Positions 1 through 10,447 of a DNA stretch of 36,953 bases are shown here, piece by piece. Both the position numbers and the translations under genes were made by a program. The stretch is from Basidioascus undulatus (lineage: Eukaryota). The DNA lies in the NCBI GenBank assembly GCA_000826855.1, contig JTLS01000054.1, positions 1-36,953 on the forward strand, in the 5' to 3' direction. The notes beneath the pieces were generated by a model, which saw nothing but the letters and a program-made list of their open reading frames with translations, had not been told where the DNA came from and did no database searches. How positions within the stretch are numbered: the first letter of the stretch is position 1; every line of letters starts with the position of its first letter.

Positions 1-92
1 GGGCTGCGCCTCAGCCTTCATGCCTGCGCGCGGGCGCCGGCTTACTCCTCCCCCTCCACTCCCCTCCCTCCTCGCGAGCTGGCGACCCGCAA

Positions 93-1162
93 TCCTACGA
101 CTCGCTGCACCGGCACGCGCGGAGCCTCGAGGACCTGCTGGACGCCAAGCTCACGGCGTACTCCAAGCTGGCGGTCAGCATCTCGCGCGAGCAGCACGGG
201 CACCACACCTCCATCGACATGAGCGGCGGGGTAGGTGGGGGGAGGAGGGAGGAACAGTACCGCGATGCGGAGGCGGATATTGAGGAGCTGCTGGAGAAGG
301 TGCGGTCGCTGCTCAGCGCTGAATGGCCATGTGCTGATGTGGATGGGGAATGGGGGGACATACAGTTATCGGCTACCACTGGCTCCCTATCCGCGCTGCT
401 CCCCTCGCCCTCTAACCCAGCCGACCCCTCCGCCGCACCGCTCTCCACCGCCCAAATCCACGCCATAGACCGGCACCACGACGTCCTGCTCGAGTATTCG
501 CGTGAATTCCGCAGAACAAAGGTCTGCCCCTCCCCACCGCAGCGTGTTCCGCAAGTGCTCATCTGCTCGGACGCGTAACACAGGCGAACGTCCAGAGCGC
601 ACTGGATTCTGCGGACTTGCTGGGTAGTGTGAAGCGGGACATTGAGTGCGTCCCTCCTGGCCTCGTTTGGGATACTTTAGGAGCGGGTCAAGCTGAGTGA
701 TGGGGTGGACGCAGCGCGTACAAGGCAGCGCGGACAGCGGACCAGGAGGCGCTGCTCGGGGAGCGGGGGCGGATCGACAATTCCCATCGGATGCTGGACA
801 ATACGCTTGGGTGCGTGCGGTCTCTCCCCAGTGCTTGCGTTGCTCTAGTTCGGTGTTCGTTGGAGCTCAAGAGCGCGGGACGCTCCACAGACAAGCGTAC
901 GAGACGCGGGCAGAGTTCAACCGGCAGGCGTCGTCGCTGGCGGGGATCAGCCAGCGGATGGGCGGGGTGCTGAGTGCGTTGATCCTCCTTATGTTCATGG
1001 ATCGGGAAGGAAAGAGAAGCTGATTAGTGCACAACAGGTACCCTCCCCGGTATCAACTCCCTCATCGGACTTATCTCCGCCCGACGGCGGCGGGACGCAA
1101 TCATCATGGGCTGTCTGATCGGCGTGTGCATCATCCTCCTCCTGAGCTACATGACGCGGTAG
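93..1162 (+). CDS. GOS1: Golgi SNAP receptor complex member 1 (Qb-SNARE); 5' end unresolved
   Basis: Spliced translation reads SYDSLHRHARSLEDLLDAKLTAYSKL...IDRHHDVLLEYSREFRRTK|ANVQSALDSADLLGSVKRDI...ERGRIDNSHRMLDNTLG...QAYETRAEF...TLPGINSLIGLISARRRRDAIIMGCLIGVCIILLLSYMTR*, ending in a C-terminal TM helix. Five GT-AG introns, the first at 300-365. TAG at 1160-1162. The frame is open back to base 3 with no ATG. Confidence 0.93.
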
Positions 1163-1244
1163 TCCTTCCCCTTCTTCAACGCTCCTCACACTCTTGCATG
1201 CATGCATTGGCTTTCCCTAGCGTATCCGGCGCGTGCAGTGCAAT

Positions 1245-2643
1245 TCAGTTCTCCTTCTGTCCATCCGCCTCCCCATCACTCCCGCTCTCGCTCTCGCACT
1301 CCTCCACATTCCCCCTCCCGGACTTCAGCGCCGCCCTCCGATCCCTCCGATTCCCGCCCGCCTTCCCGACCTCCTGCCGCTCCACCCACTTGCGCACCTC
1401 CAGGTCCTCCTTCTGCCCGCTGAAGACTTGCCAGTTCTCCTCGAGCCGGACGAGGGTCTCGTCGAGCGTCCAGGAGCGCACGGAGGCGATCTCGTGGTAG
1501 ATGTGGAAGACTAGGGACGGGATGAGGGGGAGCGAGGGATAGTCGGATTCGGGGAGGAGCCGGTGTGCTGGACTGGCGAGGATCGAACGGTGTAGGAGCG
1601 AGGGGGACCGTGAGTTGATGCAGTGGGAGAAACCGCTGGAGGACAAGCAGTTAATTCGTCAGAAGCGGGTGTGAGAGACAAAAAAGCAGGATATGGGACG
1701 GGGCTTGGACGCACAAGAAGACGTTCGGGTGCTTCTTCTGCGGACCGAGCGTCAGCTTCTGCAGAGCAGCCCTACACCAAACAAAGAGGCGTAACGCACT
1801 GCGATGTCCTTTATAGACTCGAGCCCAAGCCCACAGCTATGCATGCTAACCTTCACGTCCCGCAACCACCTCTCGCACCACCTCTTCTGGCACTCCTCCA
1901 GCACCTCCGCCGTCGCAGCCTTAGCGCCCACCGAATGCACGCTGATCGCGCGCGTGACGCCCTGCTCCGGCAGGACATCCATGAGCACCTCGATCTGCCT
2001 AACTAGGACCGCGCGCTGGTGCTCCAACGGCGTGGTGAGCCCCGTCAGGCGCGTGTCCGCCTCGACCTCGCGCGGGAAGGGGAGCTTGAAGGCCCGGTCT
2101 AGGCCGACTTCGCCGAGGTGCGCGCGTGGGTTGGAGAAGCGCTGTCGGAGGAGGGAGAGCAGGGAGGGCAGAGGGGTGGGTGGAGGGAGGTACGGGAGAA
2201 GCTGCGAGAGCTGCGATTGGAGTTGGGCGTGCTTGGGGTGCGAGGAGGGGGGGAGGAGGAGAGAGGAGTAGTGCTCTTCGGGGGAGGGTGGGTTGTCGGA
2301 GAGCGAGATCGTGTGACACCACCAGGGATGGTAACCTGCCGTGATCATTCATCTCCCCTTCAGCGATCAAGGCCTTCTGTCCAGGCGTCTTCCACGACTC
2401 ACCAAAGAAAGGCACGATCCTCCAATTCTTCCCCTCACTACCCTCCCTCCACTCCTCCCCCAGCTTCTCTACTGCCTCCTGGTCCGCCTCCTTGCTCGCC
2501 ATAGCGCACACGACGCCCAGCCCTAGCTCGCCCTCGTGTGCGACGGCATCGCCGGTGTCGGTCGGGTGCGCGTGCGTGTCAATCAGGCGCGGGGCGATCT
2601 CGGGAGGGGGAGCGGGCAAGGAGTGCGGGTCGAAGGGCGACAT
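1245..2643 (-). CDS. TatD-family metallo-dependent hydrolase/DNase (Scn1-like)
   Basis: Motifs LIDTHAHPTD (HxH), FGYHPWW, HLGEVGLDRAF, ISVHSVG, SMHSCG, KHPNVFFGFSHCIN and LLPESD are spread over 4 exons. ATG at 2643-2641, TGA at 1247-1245. Confidence 0.88.
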
Positions 2644-3532
2644 GACCGGGTCTGATTGAGTGGGTGAGGGTGGTGTGATGGAGGATATGGAAGAGGAAGA
2701 GGCAGGGAAGGAAGACGCAGAGGTCTCACGACCGAGATGACGTCGTTTTGAGGGGTACTGTCCTGCAACATCTGCAAACAACTGCCTCCGCAGCAACATA
2801 CCAAAAAGTACTCACGCTAATTATTCAAGATAAATAATGCATTTATTGCAGTTTGCGCTACTGTAAATCTTCCCTCGTGCAGGCACTTTGTAACGTAAGT
2901 GATGTGCTTGACGGTGGCTGTCGCCACGTTGCGTACTAACTGATTGCAATGTTTTTCTTTATGCCTGTGCTTGATTACACCCGGTTTACTAAAATCTCTT
3001 TACCAGTTCTCTTGCAGTTGGTGTCCTAGACTTGACCTTGGGCAAAAACGGACAGACGAGAGCAGGGGCGGCTGAGGCAGTCTTGGTTTCGTCGACGAGA
3101 GAAATCGGGTGGTGATAGCATGAAGGATGAGGAACACCAAAGGGGAATATTAGTGACAGCATGGGTGTTACTGAACATGAGGAGAAAGGAAAGAGCGAAG
3201 GGAGGAAGATTTTTGTAACTGCACGTTGCGCAGCCTGCGGCATGACTGTAACGTCTCTGTGACTGCAACGTCTTCCTCCTGGGAACGAAAGTCGTCATGT
3301 CTGAGAAAACTCTGAACATTTTTTGGAGTACAGTGCCGCATCAGGGCTGTGTAAGTTTGCAAAGACCCTAGAGGGTAGTGACTACTTGTGGTTCTGAGGA
3401 CAGGGGCTCGCTGGCTGTGGATCAAGCACTGTCAGAACATCAAAGCTCGTGAAACTCCTCCCAACCTGAATATCAGCTTTTAATTCGATGCTGCACCTGA
3501 GTCGAAGGTGTCCTCGGCGAGGTGAAGACCAA

Positions 3533-3586
3533 TCACGTGCGCGAAAACGGGCCCTCACTTTCGCCACTGGCGACGGAGACGCGTCT
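3533..3586 (+). promoter_or_regulatory. E-box/SCB/MCB-like motif block upstream of the pseudogene copy
   Basis: CACGTG at 3534-3539, CGCGAAA at 3540-3546 and ACGCGT at 3579-3584. The block aligns with the reverse complement of 5241-5300. Confidence 0.5.
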
Positions 3587-3612
3587 TGCTTCTCATCATC
3601 CATGACTGGGAC

Positions 3613-4158
3613 ATAGCTGCTGAATCCGCTCCACTCACAAATGGGCTTCCAGCTAAGCGACAACTCGACAAACCCCGCTCCGAACGCGGACAAACGGGCC
3701 AAGCTCCATGTTGTCGAGCGGGTTCCCGACCTTGCGGCGGCGGCAGTAGAATCGGACGAGGGAAGCTAGGAGGAAGACGAGGGGTGCGAGGAGGATGGGA
3801 AGGAGGACGACGACGAAGACGAGGAGGTGGACCTGGACCCGGCGGTTTGGGTGCGTGGTCTCACGGTCCGAAGCACCAATGTTCTTCCTCCTACAGCAAT
3901 TCAAGCAATATTGAACCTTTGTCCTTATGTTCCATCTCCGCCGAACTCTCCCGCCTCCCAGCGTATGTCCTCAAGGACGCCATGGGCGCCCTGCCGGGCA
4001 GGTGTCATACCAGTGGGTTGGGGACGAAAGCGCACTGCGAGGGGCAGGCATTAGACGGGGAGGACCTCGTTAAGGAGGCCAGAGTCGTTCGCAGGGTTTA
4101 CACGAGGTGTTTCCTTGGGTATTTGTATTTAGAGGAGGAGGAGGAAGAGTCTGGGTGA
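3613..4158 (+). pseudogene. Decayed inverted paralog of the orphan gene at 4604-5157
   Basis: gacATAgctgctgaatcc matches gacATGgccgttgaatct, so the start codon is mutated. There is a frameshift near 3675 and TAG at 3767-3769. Homologous segments are KRAKL, an acidic run ending DLDPAVW|gtgcgt, LKDAMGALPG and CEGQALDGEDLVKEARVVRRV..LEEEEE. Confidence 0.8.
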
Positions 4159-4603
4159 GGAAGACAGCGGCAAGCATGAACAGGGTACGGGGTACGCCGG
4201 CGGGTGTGCTTGCTCTGCGACGAGTACAAGCGATAGACAGCACGTCTGCCGACTGACACAGCGCGGAACCTGCACTACACGTCTTCCTTGCAGCCATCCA
4301 ATTACCACAATGAGGGGCTTGGAGCATCGATGTGGCTTAACTGGAAACAAAGCGAACCTGAATAGCTAACTGGCTGAAAGTGGAAGGGACTGTGCACGCG
4401 AGGAAGACGCCGAGAACCACTTTCACTTGCTTTCCGCAGGGTCACTCATCGATCGGAAGATGGAACAGTCGCGTTTGAAGCCAAATGTTTGCAGGTACCC
4501 AGCAAGCCCAACCCCGGTAATATGTGGGCTATCGGCTCTCGAGCATCACTAGTTTGTAGTCGTACCCGCTTCTCATCCAAGCCATTCCAGCCATCCCACC
4601 TCT

Positions 4604-5157
4604 TCACTCCACCTCCTCCTCCCCCAAGTCCCCACAACCTGCCCAGAAAGCCCCATGCACCCTTCTGATTACCCCTGCCTCATCCTTCAAGTCCGCCCCG
4701 CCCCGCACCTCCCCTTCGCAATTCACGACGATCTCCACCGCCATCTGGCGGTTCGTCACCGAGCGGCTGCCGTAGTATCAGCCGGGCAGGGCCTTCATTA
4801 CGTCCTTGAGAAAGCCCTTCCAGAGGTCCTCGACAGAGGAGATGTATCCAAGGTGGTCCTTCCTGTGTCGTCGAAGAAGGGATGAGTACCGGGACTGAGT
4901 TACTGCAGAATAACACGGGGAAGAGGAGGATCCTCACGCACCTGAACCTCCGGGTCCAGCTCGTCGTCCTCGTCCTCTTCCTCATCTTCATCCTCCCCGT
5001 CCTCCGCGTCCTCTACTGCCGGTGCTACAGCAGGCGCGGGAGCAGGCGGCTCGAGATCGAGCTTGGCCTTCTTGGCCGCATGGGACGCAGACTCTTCCAG
5101 CGGCCGTTTGACGTGCACCGTGGTCGTGGTAGTGGTCCGGGCAGATTCAACGGCCAT
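4604..5157 (-). pseudogene. Orphan nuclear-type protein (bipartite NLS-like segment, acidic tract, helical C-terminal part) with one in-frame TGA; pseudogene, truncated gene or recoded gene
   Basis: Exon 1 (5157-4942) reads MAVES..KRPLEESASHAAKKAKL..EDEDEEEDEDDELDPEVQ. A probable intron at 4941-4895 leads to SRYSSLLRRHRKDHLGYISSVEDLWKGFLKDVMKALPG*(4780-4778)YYG..NCEGEVRGGADLKDEAGVIRRV..GEEEVE*. The acceptor choice is uncertain. Confidence 0.6.
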
Positions 5158-5193
5158 GTCTGGAGTACTGGGTTAGGGTGGTGGTGGAGATTG

Positions 5194-5221
5194 AAGGAGA
5201 AGGACAAGGACAAGGACAAGG
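5194..5221. repeat. Short (AAGGAC)n microsatellite in the probable 5' UTR
   Basis: aaggag aaggac aaggac aaggac aagg. Confidence 0.7.
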
Positions 5222-5246
5222 CGGACGTTGAGTGAGGCTAGGCCAG

Positions 5247-5298
5247 ACGCGTCGAAGTCGCGAAAGTCGCGAAATGAGGGCGCGACGCGTCGCACGTG
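5247..5298 (-). promoter_or_regulatory. Cluster of MCB (ACGCGT x2), SCB-like (CGCGAAA x2) and E-box (CACGTG) motifs
   Basis: ACGCGT at 5247-5252 and 5285-5290 (the second inside the palindrome GCGACGCGTCGC). CGCGAAA at 5259-5265 and 5268-5274. CACGTG at 5293-5298. The cluster lies 90-140 bp upstream of ATG 5157. Confidence 0.55.
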
Positions 5299-6419
5299 AG
5301 GAACCTGTATCTTCGTCCCGTCTGCGAGGCCTTGAGGACTGGAGTGAAGAGCAGTACAACGCAAAAAATGATGAAGAGGCCGCGGCAAGATAAAAGAACG
5401 GGTTGGGGTGGCTGAGCGTCATGCATGCAGACGTCAGCCCGAAGCCTGCCATCCAGCGCAGACCCCTCTCATACCGCAAGGCGTAAAGGGACTGTTCTAT
5501 GAGACTTGAATCAATTGACACAGCTATGCAGATATGGACAGTCAAGCTTTTGCAAAAGTTTGTCTCTGGGGCGCAGGAAACAAGCCGCGAAGACGCAGAG
5601 CACAGGGTGATGTAAAGGCCTGCCGGCGTGTTGAGGAAGGTGCTGTGGTGCTGAAATGACAAGCCTTGATGCTGTGGACTGTGTACGCACAGTCACGTCA
5701 CCTAAACATCTAAAAAATGTTACGAGGCGGACGTGAGCAGGGAGGGACTTGTGACGGCGAGCGAAGAGTGAGACTCAGTCGGAGACTGTGAGAGACCGAT
5801 GTGTTTCATGCCGGCTTCGGCGAGGGGACGCGACAGGCTGATGCTTGCTTCAAATGTGTTGAGTATCCTGGTAGATGAGAAACAAATGAGCCACGCAAAA
5901 TTGAACACTCAGGCAAAAAGGGGGAACCTAGATAACTCCCTGAGCCCGAACATCCAGCCGTGGAATGTGTCCAGCCGCGGTGGTGTATGGCTGTCCAAAA
6001 GCTCTGACAGATCGATCAATCCCGATACCAATTGAGACTACAGGGCAGAGTCCGACAGGAACACAAGGGGCATGCCATCTTGGAAAGCTGTACAGTGCAG
6101 AATACAGATTATCTACGCAAAGCCAAACACTTTCACCTCGGTCTGAGCTGATTATTCTTCCTGGAGGTCTACCCCTGGCTGTTTTACCGCCCTCGGAGAC
6201 TATCTATCATGGCAATGTGCAACCTTTATTTTGGCCCACAGCCGACCACTTGACGTACATTTCCTGCGTGATGTAGCGCACACGTAGAAACGGAAGTAAT
6301 TAAGTTGTGCATGTGTCACTCAAGACGGTCGTTTCGATATCTCGTTCATAAATTTGTCTCATAAAAAATCAGCAAGAAGTGTCCGTGCGCATGCTCAAGC
6401 TCTCAACTCTCCAAAAACC

Positions 6420-9400
6420 TCAAACATCAAATGCCTGTCCGTCCGCCGCGCAAGTGTCAGTTGAGTACCGACTGTGACTGCGAAGACGGCCGACGCACCT
6501 GGCTCTTCCAGTCGTCCTTAGCCCGCTCCTCAATCTCCTTGCGACGGGCCTCGTGCGAGATCTTCTGGCCCTGCTGCTTGACGACGCCCTTCGCCTACGG
6601 ACCGAAACCGATAAGCTTTGTGGAGAGGAACAACTGAAATAGAGTCGCACCTGCTGTACAGCGCCAGACAGGCTGTCGGCAGTGATGCCCAGGCGCTCCC
6701 TCGCGCGCTTGGCCTCCTCGACTGCCTTCTTGCGCTTCTCGTAGTTGGCGCTAGGTCCAGCGCGGCCGGGCAAGATCTGCAAAACAATAGTTCTTTCAGG
6801 GGTTGTGGGGAATGAAGAACAAGAGTAACGGTAGTAGTACCTGCTCGTCCACGCCGATCGCGAGCACCCACTCGCCGTGTTTGCCGGTAGTGATGACGCC
6901 CTTCTGGGTGGGGCGTGTGCGCGTCGAGGAGGACGAGAAAGGGCTGCCGCCGCTGGCGAAGAGCGCGCGGAAGTAGTTTGAGATGCTGGAGGGAAAGTCA
7001 AGCCGTCAGATTAGACTGTTGCACAGCGCGTGGGAGCATGCGTACCTTGGACGAGCAGCAGTCGCAGCAACGAGACGCTGGTGGAAGGCAAAGAGCTGCA
7101 CACGGCCGGACGTAGCTTCAATGCGCAATGCGAGAGTAAGGAACAGTCGAGACAGGCCGTACCTCGATGTCCAGCTCTTCGAGCCATGACCTGATCTGGC
7201 CCTCGAGTGTCTGCTGGATCGAGTCGTGGAAGATCGGGCGAATCCAAGGCTTCGCGAGCCAGTCTATTTCATCCGAAAGTCAGCAAAGAACCTCCACGCC
7301 TAAGAGCACAGACGCAACGCACTCAGAACGCTGTGGTCTGACTGCGAGACCGAGTAGTCGAGCTCGCCGAGGTCGACGTCGACCTTCTTCACCTTGAAGT
7401 ACCGCTCGCGGTCGTCCTCGTGCGCGCGCTCGAGCGCGACGTCAAAGCTGAGGCCCTTGCCGCCGACGTCGATCGAGAGCAGCCCGCTGTCCTCGTACTG
7501 CCACGATGTCTTCTTGTTGATGTAGTACGCGATGTCCTTCGCGTGAATGCGTAGGCCCTCGACGTGCAGCTTCACCGTCGAGTCGAAGTTCGTCGCGAAC
7601 GCGGCGTAGCCCTGGGGGAGCGCCTGTAAGCTCCCGCGTGAGCGCACGAGAATTGCTCGGCATACCTGCTCTGCGAGGAGATCGTTCTGCGTCGGCCCCA
7701 AAGTCAGTAACGCCGGAGAAGGTTCCACCGCTACCCCGAACTGAACACACGTGGTTGGTAATTTTGATCAAGTCCGGGATGAACGACTCGCTCTCAAGCT
7801 TGAAGTCGTCGATCGCGACGTCGATCGTCTCCGACTTGAACTCGAGGCGCGGCAGTGGGATCTCCTTGATCTCCGACAGCAGGCGAGGGATGACGACGTC
7901 GAATAGGTCGCGGTACAGTCCTTCGGACTTGCTGGAGAGGACGTCTATGCCCTCGCGCGTGAACTCGGAGAGGTCCTCGGAGAGGATCTCGATGTTGCGG
8001 AACACTGCGGGGGCAGGAAGCAGTCAGCGAGCGCACGAATTTTGCTTCTCGAGGGAATGGGCTTACGCTCGGCGGTAACGCTGCAAGAAGGGTTCACGTT
8101 CAGTCGGGTTCTTCTGAGAGGCTGAGAATAAGCGAGACGAACGGGTCATTCTCGAACGCCTGCTTGTAGTCCTGCAGCTGCTTGACGAGCTCGTGCACAT
8201 CCCGCTTCCCTGCAAACGTCATTGGAACAATCAGACTGGGACGAGGGGAGTCAATATTCATATCGAAACGCACATTCCGTGTTGGATTGGATCAGCTCTT
8301 GAGCACTGGAAATGGACCGGTCGTCAGCCTTCGGTGGGAGCATTGTTCAGATCGCCAACGCACCGGTCGTAAAGGTCCTCAGCCTTGCGAGCAGCGCGTT
8401 GAGACGCGACGTATCCCGGCTGGTGCAGCACGCGGTCGACGTATGCCGAGACCTTCACACGCGCGTCAGCCTTGCACCACCTCGCGCAGCACGAAGACCC
8501 AACGTACATCGTCGAAGTACTCCCTCAGGCGGTCGTCGTCCTTGATGTCCCGGACGACCTTGTCGAGCGCCTTGAGGAGGCCGTCGAGACTCTTTCCGCC
8601 CGCGTACGTCTCGACGATCTCGCGCAGGAGCTTGAGCGCCTCCTGCGTGTGCACATCCGCTTGCGTCTTATCCTCCGCCTTCTCTGTCGCCGCGTGCAGC
8701 GTGTCCGCTGCGCGGGAGGCGTACTTCTTGCCGAGGTTGATGAGCGTGTCGACGCTGTATTATAGTTTTAACGTAACTTATCTTTGGAGCGCGCACAAGG
8801 AAAGAGATGCGCACGCGCGGTGGTAGTCCGGCTTGGACTGGATATCGACGATGACCTGCGAACAAGTAACAAGAATCAGCACAGTCCCTCCGTCCTGTTC
8901 AATCGATCACGCACCTTGCGCAAGCGCTCGATGACCGCGTCCTTCGCGTCCGTCGGCGACGCCTCGTCGACCCACTTTCGGCCCTCCGCGAGCTGCTTGC
9001 GCGCCTCGGCGTCAAGCTCGCCCGTCTCGTACTGCTGCTTGATCTGCTTGCTCTTCTTCTTGGCCTTCTTGAAGTCGACGCCGCGCTCGCGCTCCTCCTG
9101 CGACGGGCGCGTCTCCTCCGCCGCCTCGCGCGCCTTCTCGGCGACCGTCTCGGCCGCGTCGGCGAAGAGGTCGCGGAAGAGGAGTGTAACTGCGGAGGTC
9201 AAGGTTAAGCGGAAGTGCAAAGAATGAGAAAGTAGCGCAGAATAGACGCACCCTCGTTGAGGATGTTGCGGAACTCGCCGGACGTCAGGATGAGGTTCCC
9301 GAGCGTGCGCAAGCTGTCGAGCGCCTGCTGCGCGTCCTTGCGGAGCTCGCGCTGCGACACGGTCGTCTGGATGTCGCCCGTGTCGATCTCCAGCGAGGCC

Positions 9401-9963
9401 TTGCTCGTGCTATTAAACGCATTCGTCAGATCAAAACGCCTCCCCTGAAAGTATGGCAGCTGCGCACTGGTAGATGAAGCGTTGCAGCTTGTCGTCGCCT
9501 GTGCATCCTCGTTCAGCTCCTGTGGAACGACATGGCTCGCAGTGGCAAGACGAACCGTTCTTCTCCTTCCCAAAGCGCTCCAGGCTGTCGATGACGGCAC
9601 GGACGTCTTCAACGACCTGCTCGCCTTGAGGCGAGTAGCGCGCGGTGCGCCCGACAGGTCCGGGCTGGAGAACGGACGAGTTCTTGAACTTCTCGAGCGC
9701 GCGGCTGCCAAGGAGTTCCTTGCTGAGCATCTCCAAAATCCTAAGCAGTCTGGAACTTACTTGATCTGCTCCTGCGTCGGCAACTTGCCTGCCTTAAAAG
9801 CAGCTAGCACTTCCGCGAGCTTGAAGGCCGTAGCCTTGCTCGGCTGTGCCTCGTTCTATCCCGGAAACGAATCAGCAAACGGGCGACTCACTCAACTCTC
9901 AAATACACTCACAACGTGGCGGTTATTGGTAGGGAGTAGAGGCTGGCGTTCGTCAGAAGGCAT
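6420..9963 (-). CDS. Large conserved fungal HAM1-like protein (DUF5923/DUF4449-type), many exons
   Basis: N-terminus MPSDERQPLL..AAFKAGKLPTQEQI, then GDDKLQRFIY, SLRTLGNLILTSGEFRNIL, YRDLFDVVIPRLLSEIKEIPLPRLEFKS, IHAKDIAYYINKK..DSGLLSIDVGGKGLSFDV, FKVKKVDVDL, and C-terminus WKSQ|AFDV* (TGA 6422-6420). The family assignment is from recalled motifs. Confidence 0.78.
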
Positions 9964-10447
9964 GGTGAGCGAGACTGGGTGTTCGTGAGCGTCGTTGATG
10001 TGTGTGGGTGCGAAGTGGGGGAGTCGAAAGGGTACCGTTTTCGACCGGATGCTGGGGTGGGTTATAAGTGACGATCCCGGCTTCCGCAAGGTCTGTAATG
10101 GCGTCAGGTGGGCGGACGAGGCGTGCTCGACTGGAGCAGCAGCGAAAGTATGACGCGTGGCAAGGGAGTCTTGAATCGACTCTGGAGTCAAACACGACCC
10201 GCGAGTCGCGATCAGTATTTTCCATCCGCCGCAGATCATCCCGCCTTGATCGAAAAGCGCGCAGCCCCCGAGCGAGAGCGCAAAGTCAGTGTCCTATGCG
10301 AGTAACATGTTTGCGGCGCTGCACCGTCGCGGGCGGAGTCAAGCAGCGAGCTGCGCGACGCGAGTGCGACTTGAACGGGCGCCGGTTCGTCGGGTGCAAG
10401 GGGCAGCCGGTCGTTGGGTCTTCTCGACCTCAGCACCCATCCTAGCC
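9964..10447. promoter_or_regulatory. Probable bidirectional promoter (HAM1-like / LCB4)
   Basis: 484 bp between divergent ATGs. Contains TTATAA at 10062-10067, ACGCGT at 10153-10158 and repeated GAGTC/GACTC. Confidence 0.55.

Noticed and set aside
3243..3275. Short direct repeat TGACTGYAACGTCT x2 (also GTGCAGCGCGCA x2 near 28932-28959)
   Set aside because: These are two-copy micro-duplications with no array or spacer structure, so not CRISPR-like and probably slippage products.
4778..4780. Selenocysteine at the in-frame TGA
   Set aside because: It aligns with Arg rather than Cys in the paralog, there is no redox motif or evident SECIS, and Dikarya are not known to have the Sec machinery.
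5720..6280. Possible minus-strand gene remnant (..PLVFLSDSAL*SQLVSGLIDL..)
   Set aside because: It looks coding-like but is interrupted, with no recognisable motif or paralog in the window, so it cannot be supported.
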